Shown: positions 18,501 to 24,675 of the stretch, piece after piece
Layout: the number at the start of each line of letters is the position of its first letter
Numbering within the stretch: position 1 is the stretch's first letter
Assembly: GCF_014280175.1 (NCBI RefSeq)
Contig: NZ_CP047931.1
Location: 1,680,001-1,712,000 of the forward strand
Direction of reading: 5' to 3'
Length of the DNA stretch: 32,000 nucleotides
From: Synechococcus sp. A15-28
Lineage (GTDB): Bacteria > Cyanobacteriota > Cyanobacteriia > PCC-6307 > Cyanobiaceae
Position numbers and translations under genes: made by a program
The notes under the pieces: generated by a model
The model's database searches: none
What the model saw: only the letters and a program-made list of their open reading frames with translations
Told to the model about the DNA's origin: nothing

Positions 18501-19024
18501 TGATAAAAACGCTCCGCCCAAGTCTTTCTAGAAATCTCAGAAACATCAAGCCCATCAACCGAACTTTCCTCTAAATTAAAAACCAAAGGATCGGGAGTAT
18601 CCATAAGCTCTGGCCCAGATTTACGAATTTCATGGATTGATATTTCCTTTTTTTCTGGCAATGGATGCTTTTCAAGATAATTACTCTCGGCCTTTGGAAT
18701 TAATGGATTATCAGCAGCAGGTTTTTTTTGAGCGGCATTATGGCCTAAATTCTTTTTGTGCCCTTCTTGCTTGTCTACTTGGTTCCGTTCCTCTCCTTCA
18801 TGAAAACTAGCCGCTGTAGAGCCAGGGGCAGTAGCATTCCTTGAAAGTTGCTTTTCAATTTTCTTTTTGATTGTCGATAGTTTTCTCTCAGCTCTTCTAC
18901 GTTTGGATATCTCCTCAAGAAGGAGCCGGAGTTTATTTGTATCAGCAGAGGCAAGTAGCTGCTCGGCCTGCTCAATGATTTCGTTGGTCCCAAGAGTTTT
19001 GTATGGCCTACTTGGTGATGCCAC
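15551..19024 (-). CDS. Fusion protein: Upf1-like SF1 helicase (AAA_11/AAA_12-type) + PLD-family (single HKD) nuclease + topoisomerase-type C4 zinc ribbon
   Basis: 1157 aa.
- Helicase motifs: I GPPGTGKT (aa 355-362, nt 17939-17962); II IIDEAS (nt 17060-17071); III VSGDFSQLSP; IV QYRM; V HQFQGDERD; VI VAISRAKKSLVV.
- A heptad-rich insert of about 190 aa spans aa 436-625.
- HKD motif HQKAVLID lies at aa 1056-1063 (nt 15836-15859), followed by GSLN.
- Zinc ribbon CPKCGS...FPCEDLHC lies at aa 1123-1148 (nt 15581-15658).
- The GTG start is the first codon after an in-frame stop. Confidence 0.9.
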   Translation of the reverse strand: MASPSRPYKTLGTNEIIEQAEQLLASADTNKLRLLLEEISKRRRAERKLSTIKKKIEKQLSRNATAPGSTAASFHEGEERNQVDKQEGHKKNLGHNAAQKKPAADNPLIPKAESNYLEKHPLPEKKEISIHEIRKSGPELMDTPDPLVFNLEESSVDGLDVSEISRKTWAERFYHALNQRISDSKKKSSKSISFQQGRKVVALTSAEDSIAYIVNVSSRADELFPGSSVVLRTANGKTDGRVVAISGASSNEVTLTVEEDLGEHLNGGDISVDDTAMDMFIRDLLARECGISRKGDKDKKSTKKGLLLEFASNVLSNQYQLLDEPIKASHLEKLNSSQASFIEKALSYNFSILWGPPGTGKTQTLTSVIKNLCDAGEKTLICSNTNMAVDQVFLKCCREDSRSYVDENKFVRIGNISHKDLIRDHRQQVTVEGISEKLGLEFKEEIAQLLSRKSHLIDQSSDLLDKSSLFDELDRVGVEIQRSKSEFLQTQALAKSLRDEISSLEDSANELRQKYNDRSSGRGGLGGVFGRTPETLRRQIDALEKDILHKNSTLDGYRSKLLRLKDLSEDLATRNVEVSRQLSGIDRDSLNARVLKIKADVGDIDSRCRKLEESLQALKQTIIENSFVVGATLAKTCMNLGDLGFYDNVIIDEASMASLPMLFVAASIAKKRVIVSGDFSQLSPICQTDNKLIKDILGKSIFEVCGIEDDVRSGSGLSKNLGFLDTQYRMQPSICNLISGYMYNNQLHSGLKSDPINIIHPLLDSLGELVLIDTSPLLSFSSTPASGGKINLLHAYIARKLLLQVADSNNLSLGYCTPFAAQSRLFSKLLTEQDQKVITSVGTVHQFQGDERDLLVFDTVVAQSESNFLAPFINSIKPQDEGAKNLNVAISRAKKSLVVLADLNVLDKQLSNYSFLREVLFSMQMKGRVVDARALVDKSELGAIEAQLSVNHISVAKTSIQDGMVDETSFFPLLYKNIEEAKNTIVIFSGFFTPSRVDEVLTVLRKPIEDGVTVKFVLPTNQTNGSFGRSDPSKSFDLVRLIRDRGVVVEQRNKLHQKAVLIDDDLAWYGSLNPLSFAGSTLESMLLVRQPGIALELAKSLSLPGPVAPSSMVDWAQSENPKCPKCGSRTVYAKSRFGFYFPCEDLHCDGKARAPRR

Positions 19025-19216
19025 TCAGGAATGGGTCTTTCTTGTAACCATCTTCGCTGAAAGAGTTTCGAGTGCGCATCCCACCTTTGACAAGGCTTGA
19101 CATTACTGGTGTCACCCCGAACCAACTGCGCTGCAACTGATCCGGGGGAATCTGACAAGAAAACAAGGATTCAGCACCGCTCACAACAGTGGGTGTTGCA
19201 AGCGGTGGGAGCAGTG

Positions 19217-20719
19217 TCAAAACCGTCGTTTCTTTGAAACTGACTGCGCTGCAATCGATTCCAGCTGACAGACGGGTTGTTTTTTGCTGTTAGTGCTGTC
19301 ACCAGGCATTGGCCGCAGTGACCTGTAGGTCAGCGAGCTGGTGTCCTCAACAACTTCGCCGTAACCGTGATCGCAGAGCATCTCCACGCAGGCAGCAAAG
19401 TCCTTGGTTTTGTAGGTGCGCCCACCCTTCCACGTCGCTTTGGCGTGGGAGAGCTTGTAGGTCACCTCACCAAGCTCCTGGCTAACGGAGTTGATGTGCT
19501 GCATGTACCGCAGCGCCCTGTCAGCAGACTGGTTGTGGAACAGCTCTGTCTCTTGGAGACATTGATCAACGATTGCCGCTGCCTGACGCATCAGATCAAC
19601 GCTGATCTCTTGATCTTCACCAACCCACAGCATGTGCAGGTTGCCCGCAAGCCGAAGCGCATGGGCACCAGCTTTGCCCCACATCGCTGAAATCACCTTT
19701 GGCGTTGATGGATCAATCGCCTTGAGATTCCGGGGCATAAACCAGCGGTTGTAGAAACGGCGGGCTTCCGCTGAGAGCTTGTATACGCGTGGTGGTGATT
19801 TGTGGAAGCGGTCGGCGTATTTAGCCAGCACCTTGCGGGCTTCATGCAACGCGGCTTCCTCTTCTGGGGTTTCATCCTCATCACGCAGGTTGAGCCCAAC
19901 CAGCGGCACCTTCACGCAGAGCAATCGTGCAAATTTGCCGGTGGCATCTTTGCCATTGATCAGCTCTGTCAAAGCATCCGGCTGGATGTTGCCGAACACC
20001 GAAACCATGCTGCCGTCGTAATGGCGAGCACCAGCAACAACGCCGTAGCTGGTGTTGCCACCACCATCGAACAGCTCCAGAAACTGCCCTTCAGCAGTGC
20101 CGCGCCCACGCTTGGTGTCAGCGTCCATTGCCCTTAGCAAGGCGCTGAACTCTTCACGCTTGATCAGCGCACCAAGGCGTTTTGCCTCGTAGTGAGGGAG
20201 CCAAACATCAAGAGCTTCAGGCGTGTACTGCTTGATGTGTGGGTACAGCGGAAGCGGCTTAGGTGGCCTGTCTTCCTTTTTCTTGATGGCCTTGCAGTCG
20301 TGTTCCCACTGCACAACCATGCGCTCGTGATGCTCTTTGGCATCAAGGCGAATGTGGGCTGATGGGGCATCAATCAGCTTGGTGGTGTGACCTGTCTTGG
20401 ACAAACCAGTAGGGCCTACAGAGGCGATAAACAGGTTCATCGGCACGCTGTACCGGGCGCTGCATTTGACGCGGTTGCCGAGCTTCAACAGTCCGGCACA
20501 ACCAACCAAAAAGATCAGCGTTGCCGTTAGGGCGTCAGCTGGATCTTCCTGGTTGATCAGCTCAACAGCAGCAGCCAGATCGGGTGGCAGCAGGTTGTCG
20601 TAGGTAAAGGCATCCCTACCAGCAGCCAACTCAATGACCCTGGATGCACCTTCAACGCCCTCTTCAGACATAGTGATTTCATTGCGGTCAACAGCCGCCT
20701 GAATTGCCTCAGTCGTCAT
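19217..20719 (-). CDS. DUF3987-like P-loop NTPase (putative replicative helicase of the element)
   Basis: 500 aa from the ATG at 20719; the ORF-track start at 20899 would overlap the primase gene by 190 nt. Walker A is VGPTGLSKTG (nt 20393-20416). The downstream ALIKREEFSALLRAMD...LELFDGG...VSVFGNIQPD pattern resembles DUF3987/P4-type helicases. Its start overlaps the primase stop by 11 nt. Confidence 0.7.
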   Translation of the reverse strand: MTTEAIQAAVDRNEITMSEEGVEGASRVIELAAGRDAFTYDNLLPPDLAAAVELINQEDPADALTATLIFLVGCAGLLKLGNRVKCSARYSVPMNLFIASVGPTGLSKTGHTTKLIDAPSAHIRLDAKEHHERMVVQWEHDCKAIKKKEDRPPKPLPLYPHIKQYTPEALDVWLPHYEAKRLGALIKREEFSALLRAMDADTKRGRGTAEGQFLELFDGGGNTSYGVVAGARHYDGSMVSVFGNIQPDALTELINGKDATGKFARLLCVKVPLVGLNLRDEDETPEEEAALHEARKVLAKYADRFHKSPPRVYKLSAEARRFYNRWFMPRNLKAIDPSTPKVISAMWGKAGAHALRLAGNLHMLWVGEDQEISVDLMRQAAAIVDQCLQETELFHNQSADRALRYMQHINSVSQELGEVTYKLSHAKATWKGGRTYKTKDFAACVEMLCDHGYGEVVEDTSSLTYRSLRPMPGDSTNSKKQPVCQLESIAAQSVSKKRRF

Positions 20720-21770
20720 GACGACGCCTCCAACCGTTATTGATGGCGTGGTGAAAAAGCGTTGCTGCCGTGATCTGAGCGCCACCACTGCGCACGATCT
20801 GGCTGATGTCCCAACCGCACTGCTTTGAAGGCGACCATGCCTCCAGCAGATCAACAGCGGTTTCATCGCTGTAACCGGCTTGATGGCAGGCATCCACAAC
20901 TGCCCAGCAGATGTTGCGGTGCTGGTTGTAGTTGCCTTGCCCAGCTACACGTCGCGGGATGGCAGACAGTGCTTCGCCGATCTCAGAGAGGGTGCTGTCT
21001 GGCCCGGAATAAACCTTCCGTGGACGTTCAATTGGCGGAGGTAAAGGCGGCAGCGACTCTTCAAACAGCTCAACGGGATAACGCTTGAAGCAGCCGGGCT
21101 TGATGACTGATGGCCAGCCAACTTTCAAGTCCTGGCTGATGTACCAACCACCAGGCAGGCGCATCAGACGGCTTGGATCCTTGATTGCTGTGTCGCTATT
21201 GCAGTGCTTGATCAACCGCTGCATCAACGGACGCCAGCGTTGAACTGAGATCGGCTGCTCCAGCGTCCAGAAGCTGTGGACTGATTTGCCACCGGTTGCG
21301 ACGCAAACCGTTGGATCAGGCAGACCAACCTCTGCTGGCCTAGCGAACTGTTGCCGCATGGGAATGTCGTCCCACTCAACAAACAGCGACTGACAGCTGG
21401 TTATGTCGGCGGCTTTGTCGCCACCAAGGTTTGGCACGGCGTAAAGGCCGTAGCCCTTGGCTTGAGCAAGCGGGAAGTCTTGCCAGTCATCTTTGAGCCA
21501 ACCGCTGTAAGCCCTGCCATTGCCACGCGGTAGTGCCCGGTAGCGGACATCAGCAGGATCACGGTTGAGGTAATGGCACCACCTTTCAGCCTGTTGCCAG
21601 TCGAAAGGGAAAAAATGCGCACCAAACTGCGCACAATCCTTACCCGAGGGCCACCAATCTTCAGGCTCCGGCCAGCATGTCACCGGAGTTACCAACTGCT
21701 GAAATAGCAGTGGGTCACCTAAACTGGGTTCAATCCACGGACCCAGGTCGGAGCTAATTGTTCCGGCCAT
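20709..21770 (-). CDS. Archaeo-eukaryotic-type primase-polymerase with PriCT-like C-terminal domain
   Basis: 353 aa. AEP-like motifs are LFVEWDD (aa 129-135), TGGKSVHSFW (aa 159-168) and DPSRLMRLPG (aa 198-207). The C-terminal NICWAVVDACHQAGYSDETAVDLLEAWS segment resembles PriCT domains. Confidence 0.7.
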   Translation of the reverse strand: MAGTISSDLGPWIEPSLGDPLLFQQLVTPVTCWPEPEDWWPSGKDCAQFGAHFFPFDWQQAERWCHYLNRDPADVRYRALPRGNGRAYSGWLKDDWQDFPLAQAKGYGLYAVPNLGGDKAADITSCQSLFVEWDDIPMRQQFARPAEVGLPDPTVCVATGGKSVHSFWTLEQPISVQRWRPLMQRLIKHCNSDTAIKDPSRLMRLPGGWYISQDLKVGWPSVIKPGCFKRYPVELFEESLPPLPPPIERPRKVYSGPDSTLSEIGEALSAIPRRVAGQGNYNQHRNICWAVVDACHQAGYSDETAVDLLEAWSPSKQCGWDISQIVRSGGAQITAATLFHHAINNGWRRRHDD

Positions 21771-21772
21771 TT

Positions 21773-22003
21773 TTATGCCTGCTCTTGACGACGGAGCATT
21801 CCAAGCCGGTGAAACTTTTCACGGCAGCGATCAACATCCCAAGTAATTGGGCTGGTCTTGTGTTGGCCAAGGAAATAATCCTCACCACCAATCAATGGAC
21901 CACCTTTGGTGTCCATTTGGCGTTTTAGGTGGCCTTGGCTGATTGCCATCACGTTGGCAGCATCAACCGTCTTCAAAACCAATCGTGGCTTCGTTAATTC
22001 CAT
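21773..22003 (-). CDS. Small HTH protein, excisionase/regulator-like (76 aa)
   Basis: The VDAANVMAISQGHLKRQM helix-turn-helix is followed by a W-containing tail (SPITWDVDRCREKF). It ends 2 nt before the primase ATG and is the first gene of the replication operon. Confidence 0.55.
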   Translation of the reverse strand: MELTKPRLVLKTVDAANVMAISQGHLKRQMDTKGGPLIGGEDYFLGQHKTSPITWDVDRCREKFHRLGMLRRQEQA

Positions 22004-22307
22004 TGGAATCAGAGGAATACAGAACTGTTTGCGGATTGCAGAGCTGCTATTCCTGACCCCACCGGCGTAACCGGTGACTCACACAGTTGAAATCGGGGGT
22101 GGAACCTCCCGATAGCCCGGTCAGTGTTTCGCCGTAGACGGAACTGAATTGCAAAGCGACTTGATTGCCGCTGATCAATATTTACAGGATGTCGCAACCG
22201 ATTGCAACTGAATTACCACCATAGATGGTGTCAACGATCCAAATCTGGCCTTTTTCGGGCCTTTTCAACACTATTTCTGGGTTTATCAACGGGGCCTGTG
22301 GACAAAC

Positions 22308-23633
22308 TCAGGGGGCAGGGATGGTGGACACACCAGCGTTCGTTTTGGCCAAAGCTGCATCCATTGATTCGCGATCAAGCCAGTGGCCGTAATGCTTTAG
22401 ATGCGTCAAAAGCGAATGCCGCAGCCACTTTGCGGCCACCCGTTCGTGCATGTGATTCTCAGATTCAATGTGAGCCCTGAAGGCCCAGGCGTGCCTCAAG
22501 CTGTTCGCCGTGACATCGGGGTTGCCTGCCTTGATTACGTCACACCAGTAAGGAAAACGATTCAGCTGCTGACCAACCTCAGCGCCAACACCTTGAAAAC
22601 TATTTTTCTCGCTGATCATGGCGATCTGATTTCTGACAGCCTTGGGCAACCGCACCAATCCTGATTCGAAGGCAGCCAACATCTGCTGCGCTTCACCAGC
22701 AGGACGACCAGCAATTGCAAGCGGCATCACTGGATCAGGTGCCTTAGCTGGTTTGAACATGTTGCGGTGGTTCCGCTTGATGTGGCCGATGGTTGCCTGA
22801 CCATCTTTGACCTGCAAAACGGAAACTTCACCAGGCCGCAAACCCAGATAACTGATCAATCCAACGCAAAGCTTGAGGTCGTGCCGACCTGCCTCTTCCA
22901 AAGCATCCAACAGGTCACTGATCTGATGGCTCTTCAACGGTGGCGTTGCCTTGGCAGCTTCAACCTCAGCTGTTGCCGTACCAACCAGCTCACGCATCAG
23001 TTCCGTATCTGCTGCACCTGATGGAGGCACAAACCGCGCAGGCAGCATTTGACGATTAGTTGCCCACTTCAGAAACGCCACGCAGTCCTTCAGCGCCCTG
23101 GCACGCCCAGTGCCACCTGCAGCGACAACAGCGTTGCCATCAGCGTCATAGAAGTGCTGAGCGGCGTAAGCCCTCAAAGCAGCTTCAGCGTTGCGTGGTT
23201 TTGGAGCCGTGCCAACGGTGTTCAGGAGCTTCTGCAGCCGTGCAGAGGTCCACTTAATGGTGTTGGGCCTGCAGCCGCTTTTCGTCGCCATAAAGGCTTC
23301 AAGGGCTGTCTTCCATGCCTTCTCACCTGACCTAACGGTTGCGGCTGCTTGCTTTGGATCAGCAAGGGAATCGCCGTACTGCTTAACCGCTTTTTTGAGG
23401 GGCAGGTTCTGCTGCTCCATCAGGTTTCTGATGGCAGTGACCCAGTTCAAGATTGGTGTGCCGGAGTCCTTGCGCCAGGGCAACGGCAGGTATGCCGAAG
23501 ATCTGCTGTCGTCTTCAAACCGGCGGGTCAATTGCACCGTGCCTCGGTGGTCACGAATGGACCAGCCAAAGCCGTGTTCAGCTTTCAGCTGCCTTCTGAC
23601 GGTGACGAACCACTGTTCTCGCTTTGCGGGCAT
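22308..23633 (-). CDS. int: Tyrosine recombinase / phage-type integrase
   Basis: 441 aa from the ATG at 23633 (MPAKREQWF...). Box I is LGLRPGEV. The C-terminal SLRHAWAFRAH ... WLRHS..THLKHYGHW gives the R..HxxR..H..Y catalytic pattern. It lies adjacent to the att repeat. Confidence 0.88.
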   Translation of the reverse strand: MPAKREQWFVTVRRQLKAEHGFGWSIRDHRGTVQLTRRFEDDSRSSAYLPLPWRKDSGTPILNWVTAIRNLMEQQNLPLKKAVKQYGDSLADPKQAAATVRSGEKAWKTALEAFMATKSGCRPNTIKWTSARLQKLLNTVGTAPKPRNAEAALRAYAAQHFYDADGNAVVAAGGTGRARALKDCVAFLKWATNRQMLPARFVPPSGAADTELMRELVGTATAEVEAAKATPPLKSHQISDLLDALEEAGRHDLKLCVGLISYLGLRPGEVSVLQVKDGQATIGHIKRNHRNMFKPAKAPDPVMPLAIAGRPAGEAQQMLAAFESGLVRLPKAVRNQIAMISEKNSFQGVGAEVGQQLNRFPYWCDVIKAGNPDVTANSLRHAWAFRAHIESENHMHERVAAKWLRHSLLTHLKHYGHWLDRESMDAALAKTNAGVSTIPAP

Positions 23634-23664
23634 GACCGACTGCCTAGGGGCAGCTGCTCGGGTC

Positions 23665-23730
23665 TGTGCGCAGAATTGTGCGCAGAATGGTTGCAACAGT
23701 CAAGAACGGGTTGCAACTTCTGTGCGCATG
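23665..23730 (+). promoter_or_regulatory. Integrase-upstream control region: 2x TGTGCGCAGAAT, 2x GGTTGCAAC, third TGTGCGCA
   Basis: Lies 32-97 nt upstream of the integrase ATG (23633, minus strand). Motifs are at 23665-23688, 23689-23697, 23709-23717 and 23721-23728. Confidence 0.45.
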
Positions 23731-23816
23731 GCCTGACAGCTAGCCCAGTTACACCAATAGGTTTTTCCAGTGATTACGAGAATTTGACCCCGTTACCAGC
23801 ACCTACTGACCAATTA

Positions 23817-23909
23817 CCTTCTAAGCAGTCGGCCGTAGGTTCAAATCCTACAGGGGGCGCTAGTTATACCAACGGTTCTCAGCCAAAGCTGGGGGCCGTT
23901 TTTTCTTAA
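23817..23909 (+). repeat. att repeat, right copy (displaced tRNA-Arg 3' fragment 23817-23859 plus terminator-like hairpin)
   Basis: CCTTCTAAGCAGTCGG-CC-GTAGG-TTCAAAT-CCTAC-AGGGGGC-G. This is a valid anticodon-3'/variable/T-arm/acceptor half with no 5' half upstream. Confidence 0.75.
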
Positions 23910-23947
23910 ATGTCACTTTTGGCACTCCAGACGGTACTCCGAAAAAA

Positions 23948-24246
23948 TCAACGGCGATGGACTGGATACGCGTGAGATCCCAGTCCACACAGGAGGTTTA
24001 GTTCCCTGAAGGCTGCAACGCATGCACCTGAGTTGCCTTTCTCCAAACCTTTCGCTGCTGCCGCATGCAACCAGTGAATCGAAAGCGCCAACAGCTCCTT
24101 TCGATCTACGGAAACTTGGTCAACGTCATCGTGAATTAACTGCCAACTGAGACGTAGAAGCCGGTATGCCGTTCTTGCAGAGACGTGCCACCCCTAACCA
24201 CTAGCTTTTCTTGCGCCTCGTGGAAGCTGCGGTCCTTGCTAGGCAT
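23948..24246 (-). pseudogene. Possible frameshifted relic of a 13466-type gene, just outside the right att repeat
   Basis: Frame a gives MPSKDRSFHEAQEKLVVRGGTSLQE..stop. The shifted frame gives TAYRLLRLSWQLIHDDV...SIHWLHAAAAKGLEKGNSGACVAAFRELNLLCGLG. This parallels SSAQRDCRWAHDQL...KAEESGQFAAAVGAQKMIYELL of the 128-aa protein. The span is 299 nt, which is not a multiple of 3. The similarity is weak and was judged by eye. Confidence 0.35.
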
Positions 24247-24283
24247 TTATATGGTCTAAGCAGCTGTCCCCAGTCCTTGAAGC

Positions 24284-24460
24284 ATGGGTACGAAAACCAA
24301 AACCACCGGCCCGATCGCTAGGGCTATTGCATGGGACAGGACCTTCCACAAAATGGTGCGAAAGCGTTTGGGCCTCAGCAAGTACCAGTACTTGACCCTG
24401 ACCTTTGCCAAAGGTCTGGTGGTCGGCTATGTGCTGGCGTTTCTGTTCCACCACCACTAA
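24284..24460 (+). CDS. Small tail-anchored membrane protein (58 aa), below the ORF-track cutoff
   Basis: MGTKTKTTGPIARAIAWDRTFHKMVRKRLGLSKYQYLTLTFAKGLVVGYVLAFLFHHH. It has a basic N-terminal half and a C-terminal TM helix, and a terminator hairpin follows about 65 nt downstream. Confidence 0.45.
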   Translation: MGTKTKTTGPIARAIAWDRTFHKMVRKRLGLSKYQYLTLTFAKGLVVGYVLAFLFHHH

Positions 24461-24518
24461 ATCCGCTGCCATCGTTAGCGCATGAAACCCCTTGATCGAC
24501 TCGGCAACTGAGGCGGCC

Positions 24519-24552
24519 AAAAAGAAACCCCCGCCAAAGGCAGGGGTTTTTG
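24519..24552. terminator. Bidirectional terminator hairpin between convergent micro-genes
   Basis: CCCCCGCC-AAA-GGCAGGGG is an 8-bp stem with one mismatch. It is flanked by A-rich AAAAAGAAA on the 5' side and TTTTT on the 3' side, so a T-run follows the stem on both strands. Confidence 0.55.
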
Positions 24553-24573
24553 GATCTTCTGATTAAGCCTGAA

Positions 24574-24675
24574 TCACTTGGCGTATGAAACGCCGCGATA
24601 GGTCAGAGCAGGCTTGTTAGAGGCGCCAGCCATTTTCTGCTGGTCGTACTTCTGGCCGCGATAGGTCAGGGTCAT
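24574..24675 (-). CDS. DUF4278-like micro-protein (33 aa)
   Basis: MTLTYRGQKYDQQKMAGASNKPALTYRGVSYAK. The duplicated L-T-Y-R-G-x-x-Y motif is typical of cyanobacterial DUF4278 peptides. A GAGGA sequence lies about 9 nt upstream of the ATG. Confidence 0.6.
   Translation of the reverse strand: MTLTYRGQKYDQQKMAGASNKPALTYRGVSYAK

Larger units (their letters stand above)
11189..23832. mobile_element. About 12.6-kb integrative element inserted in tRNA-Arg(UCU): integrase, Xis-like, AEP primase and DUF3987-like helicase backbone plus AT-rich cargo
   Basis: The element is flanked by direct repeats with an identical 16-nt core, CCTTCTAAGCAGTCGG (11189-11204 and 23817-23832). A tyrosine recombinase sits at one end. 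Cargo composition drops sharply, while host-type genes lie outside both repeats. Confidence 0.8.

Noticed and set aside
15963-19100. Plus-strand ORFs of 60-118 aa (15963-16145, 18087-18443, 18867-19100), plus the minus-strand alternate-frame ORF 18775-19158, all overlapping the helicase-nuclease gene
   Set aside because: They are antisense or alternate-frame to a continuous 1157-codon ORF with ordered helicase, PLD and zinc motifs. Their translations are Ser/Phe/Leu-rich.
22009-22197. 62-aa minus-strand ORF in the int/Xis intergenic region
   Set aside because: It is Arg-rich and low-complexity, and it spans several hairpins and repeat boxes. A regulatory region is more plausible.
22202-23909. 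Plus-strand ORFs antisense to the integrase, one of which runs across the att repeat (23349-23909)
   Set aside because: They are antisense to a motif-bearing tyrosine recombinase. The last one reads through the tRNA fragment and terminator.
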